From positions 150,144 through 214,143 of the forward strand of contig NZ_CANMRA010000002.1 in assembly GCF_947500125.1 (NCBI RefSeq): a stretch of DNA of 64,000 bases, given 5' to 3'. A model generated the notes under the pieces. The model was not told the origin of the DNA and did not search any database. It saw nothing but the letters and a program-made list of their open reading frames with translations. Positions within the stretch are counted from its first letter, which is position 1. Every line of letters starts with the position of its first letter. Positions 9,429-17,922 of the stretch are shown piece after piece. The position numbers were made by a program, and so were the translations under genes. This stretch comes from an uncultured Kocuria sp. (lineage in GTDB: Bacteria; Actinomycetota; Actinomycetes; Actinomycetales; Micrococcaceae).

Positions 9429-10662
9429 CTCCGTGACCACCACCAGCACCGACTCCTCCGTCACCGGGGCCCGGATCCTGCTGGAGAACGTCTCCAAGCG
9501 CTACCCCGGGCAGGCCCGGGCCGCGGTCGACGGCCTCACGCTGGAGATCCCCGCGGGCAGCATCGTCATGCTCGTGGGCCCCTCCGGGTGCGGGAAGACG
9601 ACCACGCTGAAGATGATCAACCGGCTCATCGAGCCCACCGACGGGCGGATCGTCATCGACGACCAGGACGTGACCTCGATGAACGGCGACGAGCTGCGCC
9701 GCGGCATCGGCTACGTGATCCAGGCCGGCGGGCTGTTCCCGCACATGAGCGTGGCCACCAACATCGGCATGGTCCCCAAGATGCTCGGCTGGGACCGCAA
9801 GCGCATCGCCGCGCGGGTGGACGAGCTCCTCGAGCTCGTCTCCCTCGACCCCGCCGTCTACCGCGACCGGTACCCCCGGGAGCTCTCCGGCGGGCAGCAG
9901 CAGCGGGTCGGCGTCGCCCGGGCCCTGGCCGCGGACCCGCCCGTGCTGCTCATGGACGAGCCGTTCGGCGCCGTGGACCCCATCACCCGCCAGCGGCTCC
10001 AGGACGAGCTCATCAACATCCAGCACGAGCTGCAGAAGACCATCGTGTGCGTGACCCACGACTTCGACGAGGCGGTCAAGCTCGGCGACTGGATCGCCGT
10101 CTTCGACGAGGGTGCCCGGATCGTCCAGTACGACGCCCCCGAGCGGATCCTGGCCGAGCCGGCCGACGAGTTCGTGGAGGACTTCATCGGCTCGGGCGCG
10201 GGCCTCAAGCAGCTCACCCTCACCCGGGTCCGGGAGGTGGACCTCGTCCCCGCGGTGACCACCCGTCCCGGCGAGGACGTCCGGGCGGTGCTCGGGCGGA
10301 TCGACGAGGCGGGCACCCGCGACGTGGTCGTCGTCGACGACCGGGACCGGCCGCTGTCCTGGCCCTCCCGCCGGCAGCTGGAGCGCTTCGACACCGTCCC
10401 CGACGAGCGCAACGAGCGCCTGCCGCTGGTCGGCACGGGCGCCACCCTCAACGACGCGCTGGACACGATGCTCGTCTCCAGCACGGGGGCCGCGCTCGTC
10501 GTGGGGGCGCGGGACCGGTTCGAGGGCGTCATCTACGTCGAGACCGTCATGGCCGCGATCACCGAGGCCCGCCGGGCCGTGGCCGCGGAGGGCGCGCCCC
10601 TCGGCCACAACACGGGGGAGATGCCCGCGGTGAGCACGAACTCAGGAGGCGGGGACCGATGA
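9421..10662 (+). CDS. Osmoprotectant ABC transporter ATP-binding protein with C-terminal CBS pair
   Basis: [30 protein letters not shown]; OpuBA/OsmV-like with CBS-like C-terminus. Confidence 0.93.
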   Translation: MSDSVTTTSTDSSVTGARILLENVSKRYPGQARAAVDGLTLEIPAGSIVMLVGPSGCGKTTTLKMINRLIEPTDGRIVIDDQDVTSMNGDELRRGIGYVIQAGGLFPHMSVATNIGMVPKMLGWDRKRIAARVDELLELVSLDPAVYRDRYPRELSGGQQQRVGVARALAADPPVLLMDEPFGAVDPITRQRLQDELINIQHELQKTIVCVTHDFDEAVKLGDWIAVFDEGARIVQYDAPERILAEPADEFVEDFIGSGAGLKQLTLTRVREVDLVPAVTTRPGEDVRAVLGRIDEAGTRDVVVVDDRDRPLSWPSRRQLERFDTVPDERNERLPLVGTGATLNDALDTMLVSSTGAALVVGARDRFEGVIYVETVMAAITEARRAVAAEGAPLGHNTGEMPAVSTNSGGGDR

Positions 10663-11471
10663 GCACGCAGACCGAGCGCCCCGCCGACGCGGAGCAGGAC
10701 CCCGGCGACGCCCCGGCGTCCCGCCCGTCCCCGGCCGACACGGACCAGCGCACCTGGAAGGGTCTGCTCCTGCAGCTCCTGGCGATCCTCGTGGCGCTGG
10801 GACTGCTCGTGCTGTGGCTGTCCACGGCCGAGCTGACGGAGACGGAGGCCGTGACCCTGAGCCCCGACTCGCTGTGGAACTACACCGTGGAGCACCTGCA
10901 GCTCACGGTCGTGGCCACCGTGGTGGTCCTGCTCATCGCGATCCCGGTGGGCATCCTCCTGACCCGCAAGCCGCTGCGCTTCCTCACCGGCCCGGTGATC
11001 GCGCTGGCGAACATCGGCCAGGCCGCCCCGGCGGTGGGCCTCATCGTCCTGTTCGCCTTCTGGTTCGGCTTCGGCTTCCAGGCGGCCGTGGTCGCGCTGA
11101 TCGTCTACGCGATCCTGCCCGTCCTGAAGAACACCATGGTCGGCCTCGACGGCGTGGACCGCAGTCTCGTCGAGGCCGGGCGCGGGATGGGGATGAGCGC
11201 CGTCTCGGTCCTGTTCCGTGTCGAGCTGCCCCTGGCCGTGCCCGTCATGCTGGCCGGCGTGCGCACCGCCCTGATCCTGGTGGTCGGCACCGCGACCCTG
11301 GCCACGTTCGTCAACGGCGGTGGGCTCGGTCTGCTGATCACCACCGGGGTCAACCTCAACCTCGTGCGGGTGCTGATCGCCGGCTCGATCCTCGTGGCGC
11401 TGCTCGCGCTCGCCATCGACTGGATCGGCCGCGTGGTGGAGCACGTCGCGCGCCCGAAGGGACTGCGATGA
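10659..11471 (+). CDS. Osmoprotectant ABC transporter permease
   Basis: EAGRGMGM EAA loop, VELPLAVPVM, GGGLG; ATGA overlap with upstream gene. Confidence 0.9.
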   Translation: MSTQTERPADAEQDPGDAPASRPSPADTDQRTWKGLLLQLLAILVALGLLVLWLSTAELTETEAVTLSPDSLWNYTVEHLQLTVVATVVVLLIAIPVGILLTRKPLRFLTGPVIALANIGQAAPAVGLIVLFAFWFGFGFQAAVVALIVYAILPVLKNTMVGLDGVDRSLVEAGRGMGMSAVSVLFRVELPLAVPVMLAGVRTALILVVGTATLATFVNGGGLGLLITTGVNLNLVRVLIAGSILVALLALAIDWIGRVVEHVARPKGLR

Positions 11472-12448
11472 GAACCTCCCGTGCCGCCGGCGGCGTCCTG
11501 CTGCTCTCCTGCGCCGGCCTGCTCCTGACCGGTTGCGGGCTCGAGCCCTCCACCGCCTACGTCCCCGCCGCCGAGCCCGGCTCCATCGAGCCCATCGAGG
11601 GCGCCGAGGACACGGAGGTGCGGGTGACGTCCAAGAACTTCACCGAGCAGCTCATCCTCGGCAAGATCGGGGTGCTCGCCATGGAGGCCGCGGGCTTCGA
11701 GACCGAGGACATCACCAACGTGCCCGGCTCCCAGCCCGTGCGCGAGCTCATGCTCACCGGGGACGCCGACCTCACCTTCGAGTACACCGGCACGGCGTGG
11801 CTGACGTACATGGGCAACGAGACCGGCATCCCGGACCAGCAGGAGCAGTGGCAGGCCGTGCGCGAGGCCGACCTCGACAACGGGCTGACGTGGGGCGAGC
11901 CGGCATCGCTGAACAACACCTACGCCATGGCCGTGCGGTCCGAGTACGCGGAGGCCAACGACCTGGAGACGGTCTCGGACATCGCGACCCTGCCGGTGGC
12001 CGAGCGGACGTTCTGCGTCGAGTCCGAGTTCAACTCCCGCAGCGACGGGCTCACGCCCATGCTCGCCCACTACGACCTGGACCGCGGCAGCGAGGTGCCG
12101 GAGGACAACATCGGCATCTACGACACCGGCGCCATCTACTCGGCCACGGACGACGGGGAGTGCAACTTCGGCGAGGTCTTCTCGACGGACGGCCGCATCC
12201 CGGCGCTCGACCTCACCGTCCTCGAGGACGACCGGCAGTTCTTCCCCGCCTACAACGCGGCACCGGTCTACAACACCGAGGTGCTGGAGGAGTTCCCGCG
12301 GATGGAGGAGGTCATGGAACCGATCTCCGCGGCGCTCACCGACGACGTCATGCAGGAGCTCAACCGGCAGGTGGACGTCGAGGGACGGGACCCGGCCGAC
12401 GTCGCCTACGAGTGGATGCTCTCCGAGGGGTTCATCGTCGAGCCCTGA
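11468..12448 (+). CDS. Osmoprotectant ABC transporter substrate-binding lipoprotein
   Basis: Lipobox LLTGC; SKNFTEQ, EYTGT, NNTYA, FFPAYN motifs of OpuAC/OsmX family. Confidence 0.92.
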   Translation: MRTSRAAGGVLLLSCAGLLLTGCGLEPSTAYVPAAEPGSIEPIEGAEDTEVRVTSKNFTEQLILGKIGVLAMEAAGFETEDITNVPGSQPVRELMLTGDADLTFEYTGTAWLTYMGNETGIPDQQEQWQAVREADLDNGLTWGEPASLNNTYAMAVRSEYAEANDLETVSDIATLPVAERTFCVESEFNSRSDGLTPMLAHYDLDRGSEVPEDNIGIYDTGAIYSATDDGECNFGEVFSTDGRIPALDLTVLEDDRQFFPAYNAAPVYNTEVLEEFPRMEEVMEPISAALTDDVMQELNRQVDVEGRDPADVAYEWMLSEGFIVEP

Positions 12449-13071
12449 GTCCCGCTGCGCACCGGCCCGTCCTGCTCCGGCTCGCACAGGCCCAGCAGTC
12501 GGGCCGCCGCGGGGCGGGCCTCCCACTCCTCCTGCCACAGGGAGCGCGCCACCGCCTTGGAGACGGCCTGCGGGGAGATGCCGAGCTCGGCGGCCACGAC
12601 CTTCTGCTGGCCGCGGGCCCCGGGCACGAGCAGGTCGACCACGCGCCACTCCGCGTCGCTGCGCTCCGCCACGATCCGGCCCAGCAGCCGCAGCACGGCC
12701 TGCGCCTGCGCCGCGGCCGGCTCGTCGTCGGCGGCGACGTGCACCGGCACCCGCCCGGCGGCGGCCTCGGCGGCGCGGCGCCCGTGCACCGTCCCGGGGC
12801 CGTCGGCGCGCAGCCCCGTCCGGCCCTCCGGGTCGGTCGCGGTCTCGAGCCGGACCGGTCCCACCCCGACCCCCACGCTCCAGGCCCCGCCGCGCAGCCC
12901 GGCGAGCACGGCCGCGACCGCCGCGCCGGGCTCGGCGGTGATGCCCTGGACCGCGTGCGCCCGGGCACGCTGGAACGGCACCACGGTCTCGAGGTCCGCG
13001 AGGCGGCGCAGGAGGCCGGGCACGAGGTCGCCCGCCTCGCGGCGGCGCTGCTCCAGGGTCACGACGTACAC
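12406..13071 (-). CDS. SatD-like protein with C-terminal HTH, degenerate acidic motifs
   Basis: Start reset to GTG 13071 (MYVVTLEQR; 6 nt after a GATACT -10-like hexamer); WSVGVGVG strand; C-terminal QKVVAAELGISPQAVSKAV HTH; 3' end overlaps the convergent ABC gene by 43 bp. Confidence 0.65.
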   Translation of the reverse strand: MYVVTLEQRRREAGDLVPGLLRRLADLETVVPFQRARAHAVQGITAEPGAAVAAVLAGLRGGAWSVGVGVGPVRLETATDPEGRTGLRADGPGTVHGRRAAEAAAGRVPVHVAADDEPAAAQAQAVLRLLGRIVAERSDAEWRVVDLLVPGARGQQKVVAAELGISPQAVSKAVARSLWQEEWEARPAAARLLGLCEPEQDGPVRSGTQGSTMNPSESIHS

Positions 13072-13123
13072 GGTCCCAGTATCGGGCACGGGGGCCGCCG
13101 GGGAGCGGGGGCGCGGCGGGGAC

Positions 13124-13786
13124 TCACTCCCAGAACCGCGGTTCGATGTCGACGCCCTGCACGAGGAGCTCGTCCTCCAGGGGCTCCCGGCACACCACCG
13201 GCAGGCGCAGGCAGCCGATCCGGTCGTCGGGGCCGAAGTAGGCCGTGAGCCGGTCGAAGCCCTGCCGGAACGGCGCCAGCTCCTTGGCCGTGGCGGCGAC
13301 CTCCGCCAGGTCGGCGTCGGAGCCGAGCACCCAGAAGGAGTCCGGGTCGGTCAGCTGGAGCAGTCCCACGGGCGCCCCGGCGTCGTTGTTCTCGGTGCCG
13401 GCCCAGCCGGGGGCCCGCAGCCACCCGCCCGGTGCCGCCGCGCCGAGGGCCGGCGCCAGGGGATCGTACTCCCACGCCCGGGCCCGCTGCAGCCACCCCG
13501 GCGGGACCGGGAGGTAGAGGGGGCCGTCGAGGTCCACGGGCCACCGGGCGGCGGCGAACGCCCCGGCGTCCACACGGTCCCAGAACTGCTCCGCGGTGAG
13601 GTCGGTGCCCACGCTGTTGAGCGCCGCCCCGGGGTCCTCCTGCCGCATGCCGTGCCAGTAGGTCGGGCGGGTCGGGACCTCGGCGCGCCGCAGCAGGGCG
13701 TCCAGCTCCTCCAGGTGGGCCGGCTCCCCGAGCACCACCGTCCTGGACTCGAAGTGCAGGACGTAGGGCACGCGCTCGGGGCTCAC
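13124..13786 (-). CDS. Hypothetical protein, translationally coupled to the upstream nuclease-helicase
   Basis: GTG 13786 overlaps upstream TGA (GTGA); globular, Trp-rich sequence with normal codon usage. Confidence 0.75.
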   Translation of the reverse strand: MSPERVPYVLHFESRTVVLGEPAHLEELDALLRRAEVPTRPTYWHGMRQEDPGAALNSVGTDLTAEQFWDRVDAGAFAAARWPVDLDGPLYLPVPPGWLQRARAWEYDPLAPALGAAAPGGWLRAPGWAGTENNDAGAPVGLLQLTDPDSFWVLGSDADLAEVAATAKELAPFRQGFDRLTAYFGPDDRIGCLRLPVVCREPLEDELLVQGVDIEPRFWE

Positions 13787-16700
13787 GGCAGCCCCGCGGA
13801 CCGTCCGCGGCGGCACAGCCGCGTGAAGCGGCCGAGCACCTGCAGCGCCTCCGGGGTGGCGGGCAGATAGTCCGTCAGGGCGGGGGAGCGCACCAGGACG
13901 GCGCACCACTGCCCCCGGGAGACCGCCACGTTGAGCCGGTTGGGCGAGAGCAGGAACTCCATCCCGCGCGGTCCGTCGGCGGCGGAGGCGGCCATCGACA
14001 CGATCACCACGGGGGCCTCCTGGCCCTGGAACCGGTCGACGGTCCCCACGCGGACCCCGCCGCCCTCCTCGTCCCGCAGCCCCGCGGCGGTGAGCTCACG
14101 GCCGATCAGCTCGACCTGGGCGTTGTACGCGGCCACCACGAGCACGTCCTCGGGCCTCAGCGCCGCGGGGGAGGCTCCCGGGCCGGAGCGCCACGGCGTC
14201 CCGACGAACTCGTGGACCAGCTCCACGACGCGCCGTGCCTCCTCGGGCGACGCCGTGCGGTTGCCGGTGTGCTCGACGTGGCAGGTGCGCAGGCCCGGGG
14301 CCACGCCGGTGAGCTCGCGGCGGCCCGCGGCCGGGGCGGACCCGAGCCGCCCGGCGTAGGACAGCTCGGAGACCGGCTCGCACAGGGCCGGGTGCATCCG
14401 CCAGGTGCGGTCCAGGAAGTAGCCGTGCTCGGCGGGCAGCGTGGGCGCCCCGTGGGAGAGCCAGCCCAGCGCCGACTCGTCCACGGGCAGGGGGTGGGTG
14501 CCCTGGGAGACCTGCGGCAGCTGCTGCGGGTCGCCCAGCAGCAGCAGGCGCCGCGCGGCGCGGGACACGGCCAGGGTGTTGGCGAGCGAGTACTGCCCGG
14601 CCTCGTCGACGACGAGCAGGTCCAGGGCCTCGTCCTCGAGGTTCCCGGCGTTGGAGAAGTCCCACGCGGTGCCGCCGACCACGGCGCCGCCGTCCGCGAG
14701 GAACGCGGCGAAGTCCTTCCCCGGCACGTCGCGCCACGGCACCTCCCGGTCCGCGGCCCGGGAGGAGGACGGCTTCTTGCCGACGCGCTCGGGGGCGACC
14801 CCGCCCTTCTCGAGCACCCCGGTGAGGAGGTTTTCGACGACGGCGTGGGACTGCGCCACCACGCCGATCCGCCAGCCGGCCTCCACGAGCCGGCCGATGA
14901 CGTGGGAGCCGAGGAACGTCTTGCCGCTGCCCGGGGGGCCCTGGACGGCGAGGAAGCTGCGGTCGAGGGAGCGCAGGGCCCGGACCACCGCGTCGATCGT
15001 GCCGTCGGGACCCTCGTGCGGGCGGGGCAGGGGGCCGCCGTCCGCCGGCCGCGGCGCCCGTCGCCGGAGCAGCTCGAGGCCGGGCTGCTCGGGCAGTCCC
15101 GGCAGGGTGCCGGCCGTGCGCGCGGCGAGGTCCTGCAGCGATTCCTCGAGGGAGCGCGTGGCGATCGGCCGGGCCGGGCCCAGCGCGATCGGCAGCTCCG
15201 CCCAGGGCTCGGGGGCCGGGCCGTCCCTCGGCTTCTTCAGCCGTTCCCGCACCGTGAGCACCGCCGTGCCGTCCTCGTGCTCCTCGAGGTCCTCGAGCAC
15301 GGCGGTCCAGTCCCCGGCCCGGCCGCTGCCGCGCGGCGCGGCGTCCTCGGCCAGGTGCGCGGGCACGGGGGCCCCGTACATCAGGAACAGCCCGGGAGTG
15401 CCCGGCTTCGGGGTCGAGCCCTCGCCGAAGCGGCCCGCGAGGCGCAGCAGCCTGGTGGGGGCGGCACTGGCGCGCTTGGCCGGGTCCTTCGCCCAGTCCT
15501 CGAGCACCTCGGCGCGCTGGGCCACGAACACGTCGCGGGTGTCCTCCCAGTCCTCGACGGGGCCCTCGAGCCGGTCGAAGTGGGACCACCAGTACTGCTT
15601 GCGCTCGCGCCGGTGGTAGCCGGTGGCGGAGGCGACCATCGCGACGGCCGTGCGCTGCTCCTCCGTCAGGGCGTCCCGGGCCTCCGGGTCCTCCAGGAAC
15701 GCGTGCAGTCGCTGCTCGGCCCCGGTCATCCCGGCGTCCGGCGGCTCCTGCGGCAGCTCGAGCGGATCCTGGACGGGGCGCGGCGGGTGGTCCGCCGGGT
15801 CCGGGGAGATCCCGGCGAGGCCCAGCAGCCAGTCCCGGAGCCGGAGGGTCGAGAGGCAGTCGTACTCGTTGTAGTCGGCGATCCCGGCCAGCAGCCGCTG
15901 CGCGGCGTCCTCCCGCCCGGCCTCCCGGGCCGTGCACCAGTCCGCGTAGGCGACCACCGACGCGCCGGCGTCCACGACGTCGCCGGCGCGCAGGTGCTCG
16001 CCCATGTAGAGCGGCTCCAGCTTCTTGATGGAGTACGAGCTCTCCGACAGCCGCAGGCTTCCCCGCACGGTGTCGTAGAGGTCCACCAGGACGTTCTCGC
16101 GCAGCAGCTCGTCCACGGCGTCCTCGCCCACCGCGTGCACGAGCGAGAGCCGGCGCAGGGCGGCCTTCTCGTAGTTGGCGTAGTGGTACACGTGCATCCC
16201 GGGGAACCGCGCGCGGCGCTCGGCCACGTAGTCGAGGAACGCCCGCAGCGCCTCCCGCTCCTGGGCCCGGGAGTGCGCCCAGAACGGACGGAAGACGGGC
16301 TCGGCGCCGGGTGCGGGGGGCTGCTCGACGACGCCGAAGAGGTACTCGAGCCCCCAGGACGTCGGGTCCTCGGGGTCCTGCCACAGCGGATCGCCCTCGA
16401 AGTCGAAGAACACGTCCCCCGGGTCCGGGGCCGGCAGCCGCCGCACCGGCTCCGTGGCGGTGACCCGGTAGGCGATCCGGCGGGTCCCTCCGTCCTTCGG
16501 GTACTCGACCGCGCCGTCCTCCCCGCCCCGGCCGGTCTGCATCGCCGCCTGGTCGCGCAGCCGCCGCACCGCGGCGGGGAGCCCCCGCTCCGCCAGCACC
16601 GCGAGCTCGTCGACGGTGCGCACCCCGTGCCGGTCGCGCAGCGTGCGGCGCATCCGCACGGACAGCCCCGCCGTCAGCAGCAGGTCCCGGTGCTCGGCGA

Positions 16701-17412
16701 CCGCCCGGGCGCAGTGCTCGCACCGGCCGCACCGGGCGACGTCGTCGTCCTGCCAGTCCACGGGGGCCGTCCGCGCCCGGTGCGCGGCGGCGGCCGCGAC
16801 GAAGCGCTCCCGGCGCTCGCGGTAGACCGCCAGGTGCTCGGAGACGGGGAAGACCGCCTCCCGCTGGTCGCCGAGGACCAGGGTGACCTCGGGCGCCACG
16901 TCCACGCCGGCCCGTTCGAGCTGGTCGGCGTAGGCGGCGAGCTGGAGCAGGGCGGTGACCTTGGCATGCCGGGCGAGCTTGGTGTCGTGCACCGCGTACG
17001 CGCCGTCCGGCCGGCGGACGAGGAAGTCGGCGCGGCCGTGGAAGGCGCCGTCGAAGAAGGAGGCCTGGAAGACGACGTCCGCACCGGCGCGCAGGGCGCC
17101 CAGGGACTCGGCGTGCTTGGCCGTCAGCTCGTCCCGGTCCATCCGCCGGGCCGGCTCGACCTCGTGCACGCCCCGTCCGGTCGTCGCGTCCCAGGGGCCG
17201 AACGCCTCCCGGTGGGCGGCCAGGACCCGGAGCTCGTGGGCGTCGCCCAGCTCGGCCGTGCGGGCGAGCATCGCGTCCCGCTCCGGGGCCCGCCGGGGCG
17301 TCCGGCCCAGCTTCTCGTCCAGGACGCACAGGCTCGCGTAGGGGCACTCGGCCGCGCGCACCAGGTCGCTCGCGGAGAAGACGAGATCCGCCTCGGGGCC
17401 CAGCAGGAACAT
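13783..17412 (-). CDS. TM0106-family RecB-like nuclease fused to RNase H-like exonuclease and SF1 (DNA2/NAM7-type) helicase
   Basis: SASDL..ECP, GRADFLV..DTK..QLAAY (PD-(D/E)XK), CGRCEHC, FFDFEGD..YNEYD, QGPPGSGKT, VVDEAGQ, LLGDPQQLP, TVDRFQGQE, RLNVAVSRG; start ATG 17412 or 17418. Confidence 0.9.
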   Translation of the reverse strand: MFLLGPEADLVFSASDLVRAAECPYASLCVLDEKLGRTPRRAPERDAMLARTAELGDAHELRVLAAHREAFGPWDATTGRGVHEVEPARRMDRDELTAKHAESLGALRAGADVVFQASFFDGAFHGRADFLVRRPDGAYAVHDTKLARHAKVTALLQLAAYADQLERAGVDVAPEVTLVLGDQREAVFPVSEHLAVYRERRERFVAAAAAHRARTAPVDWQDDDVARCGRCEHCARAVAEHRDLLLTAGLSVRMRRTLRDRHGVRTVDELAVLAERGLPAAVRRLRDQAAMQTGRGGEDGAVEYPKDGGTRRIAYRVTATEPVRRLPAPDPGDVFFDFEGDPLWQDPEDPTSWGLEYLFGVVEQPPAPGAEPVFRPFWAHSRAQEREALRAFLDYVAERRARFPGMHVYHYANYEKAALRRLSLVHAVGEDAVDELLRENVLVDLYDTVRGSLRLSESSYSIKKLEPLYMGEHLRAGDVVDAGASVVAYADWCTAREAGREDAAQRLLAGIADYNEYDCLSTLRLRDWLLGLAGISPDPADHPPRPVQDPLELPQEPPDAGMTGAEQRLHAFLEDPEARDALTEEQRTAVAMVASATGYHRRERKQYWWSHFDRLEGPVEDWEDTRDVFVAQRAEVLEDWAKDPAKRASAAPTRLLRLAGRFGEGSTPKPGTPGLFLMYGAPVPAHLAEDAAPRGSGRAGDWTAVLEDLEEHEDGTAVLTVRERLKKPRDGPAPEPWAELPIALGPARPIATRSLEESLQDLAARTAGTLPGLPEQPGLELLRRRAPRPADGGPLPRPHEGPDGTIDAVVRALRSLDRSFLAVQGPPGSGKTFLGSHVIGRLVEAGWRIGVVAQSHAVVENLLTGVLEKGGVAPERVGKKPSSSRAADREVPWRDVPGKDFAAFLADGGAVVGGTAWDFSNAGNLEDEALDLLVVDEAGQYSLANTLAVSRAARRLLLLGDPQQLPQVSQGTHPLPVDESALGWLSHGAPTLPAEHGYFLDRTWRMHPALCEPVSELSYAGRLGSAPAAGRRELTGVAPGLRTCHVEHTGNRTASPEEARRVVELVHEFVGTPWRSGPGASPAALRPEDVLVVAAYNAQVELIGRELTAAGLRDEEGGGVRVGTVDRFQGQEAPVVIVSMAASAADGPRGMEFLLSPNRLNVAVSRGQWCAVLVRSPALTDYLPATPEALQVLGRFTRLCRRGRSAGLP

Positions 17413-17557
17413 GCGCATCCTTCCGACGGCACCGGGTCCGTCCCGGGTCCGGGTCCATCGAACCACAGGGACCGGACGTCACAAGGAGGAGGACGAGGAG
17501 GACGGGCAGGAGGAGGACAAGGAGGGCGAGGGGGCGGGGAGGAACGGGGAGCGGGGA

Positions 17558-17778
17558 TCGGCCGGCAGGTCCGAGGACCTGCCGGCCGACTCCCGGCGGA
17601 CCGGCAACCGGCCCGCCGGGATGGACCGGGAGAGATCGTGGGGATGCGGCGCGGGTGGGGGGACCCCCGCCGCCACCGGGCACCTCGCGGGTGCGCTCCG
17701 GCGACCTCGATCCCGGTCGGCGGCCCGGATGCCGATGGGGGGATGCATCCTGGGGCCGTCGGGCCGGCTGAGCCGGCC
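17558..17778 (-). ncRNA. Candidate structured ncRNA with two C6-loop hairpins (6C-RNA-like), extended
   Basis: Seven hairpins read by eye; CCCCCC loops at 17737-17742 and 17657-17662 on the minus strand; 5' hairpin starts 6 nt after TATATT -10. Confidence 0.6.
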
Positions 17779-17784
17779 GCTCCC

Positions 17785-17790
17785 AATATA
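17785..17790 (-). promoter_or_regulatory. Candidate -10 element TATATT for the structured RNA
   Basis: Within the only strongly AT-rich patch (17785-17812) of this intergenic region. Confidence 0.5.
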
Positions 17791-17870
17791 ACGAAATTCA
17801 TGGATTCTCTGTAGGGCGCCCGTCACGTCGCGTCGCGTTCCTGCACCCCGGCACCCCGGCACCCGCACGC

Positions 17871-17906
17871 GCAGGGGCCGGGGACCGTCCGGTCCCCGGC
17901 CCCTGC
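17871..17906 (-). terminator. 17-bp perfect inverted repeat downstream of ppa
   Basis: GCAGGGGCCGGGGACCG-tc-CGGTCCCCGGCCCCTGC, 16 nt after the ppa stop. Confidence 0.75.
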
Positions 17907-17922
17907 CGTCGCGCCCGTCCGC

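Noticed and set aside
17500-17560. G-quadruplex in the purine tract
   Set aside because: G-runs are irregular, and similar tracts are common in this composition; cannot be supported by inspection.
14096-17814. Very long alternative ORFs (14096..17683 -, 14212..17814 +) and similar ones over ftsH, clpC, arsA and glsA
   Set aside because: Arg/Gly/Pro-rich off-frame or antisense shadows expected in very GC-rich DNA; no motifs.
17411-17868. ORFs 17411..17791 (+), 17479..17868 (-), 17124..17801 (-) in the ppa-helicase gap
   Set aside because: Low-complexity translations of the purine tract and hairpins, no convincing RBS; the region is better explained as structured RNA.
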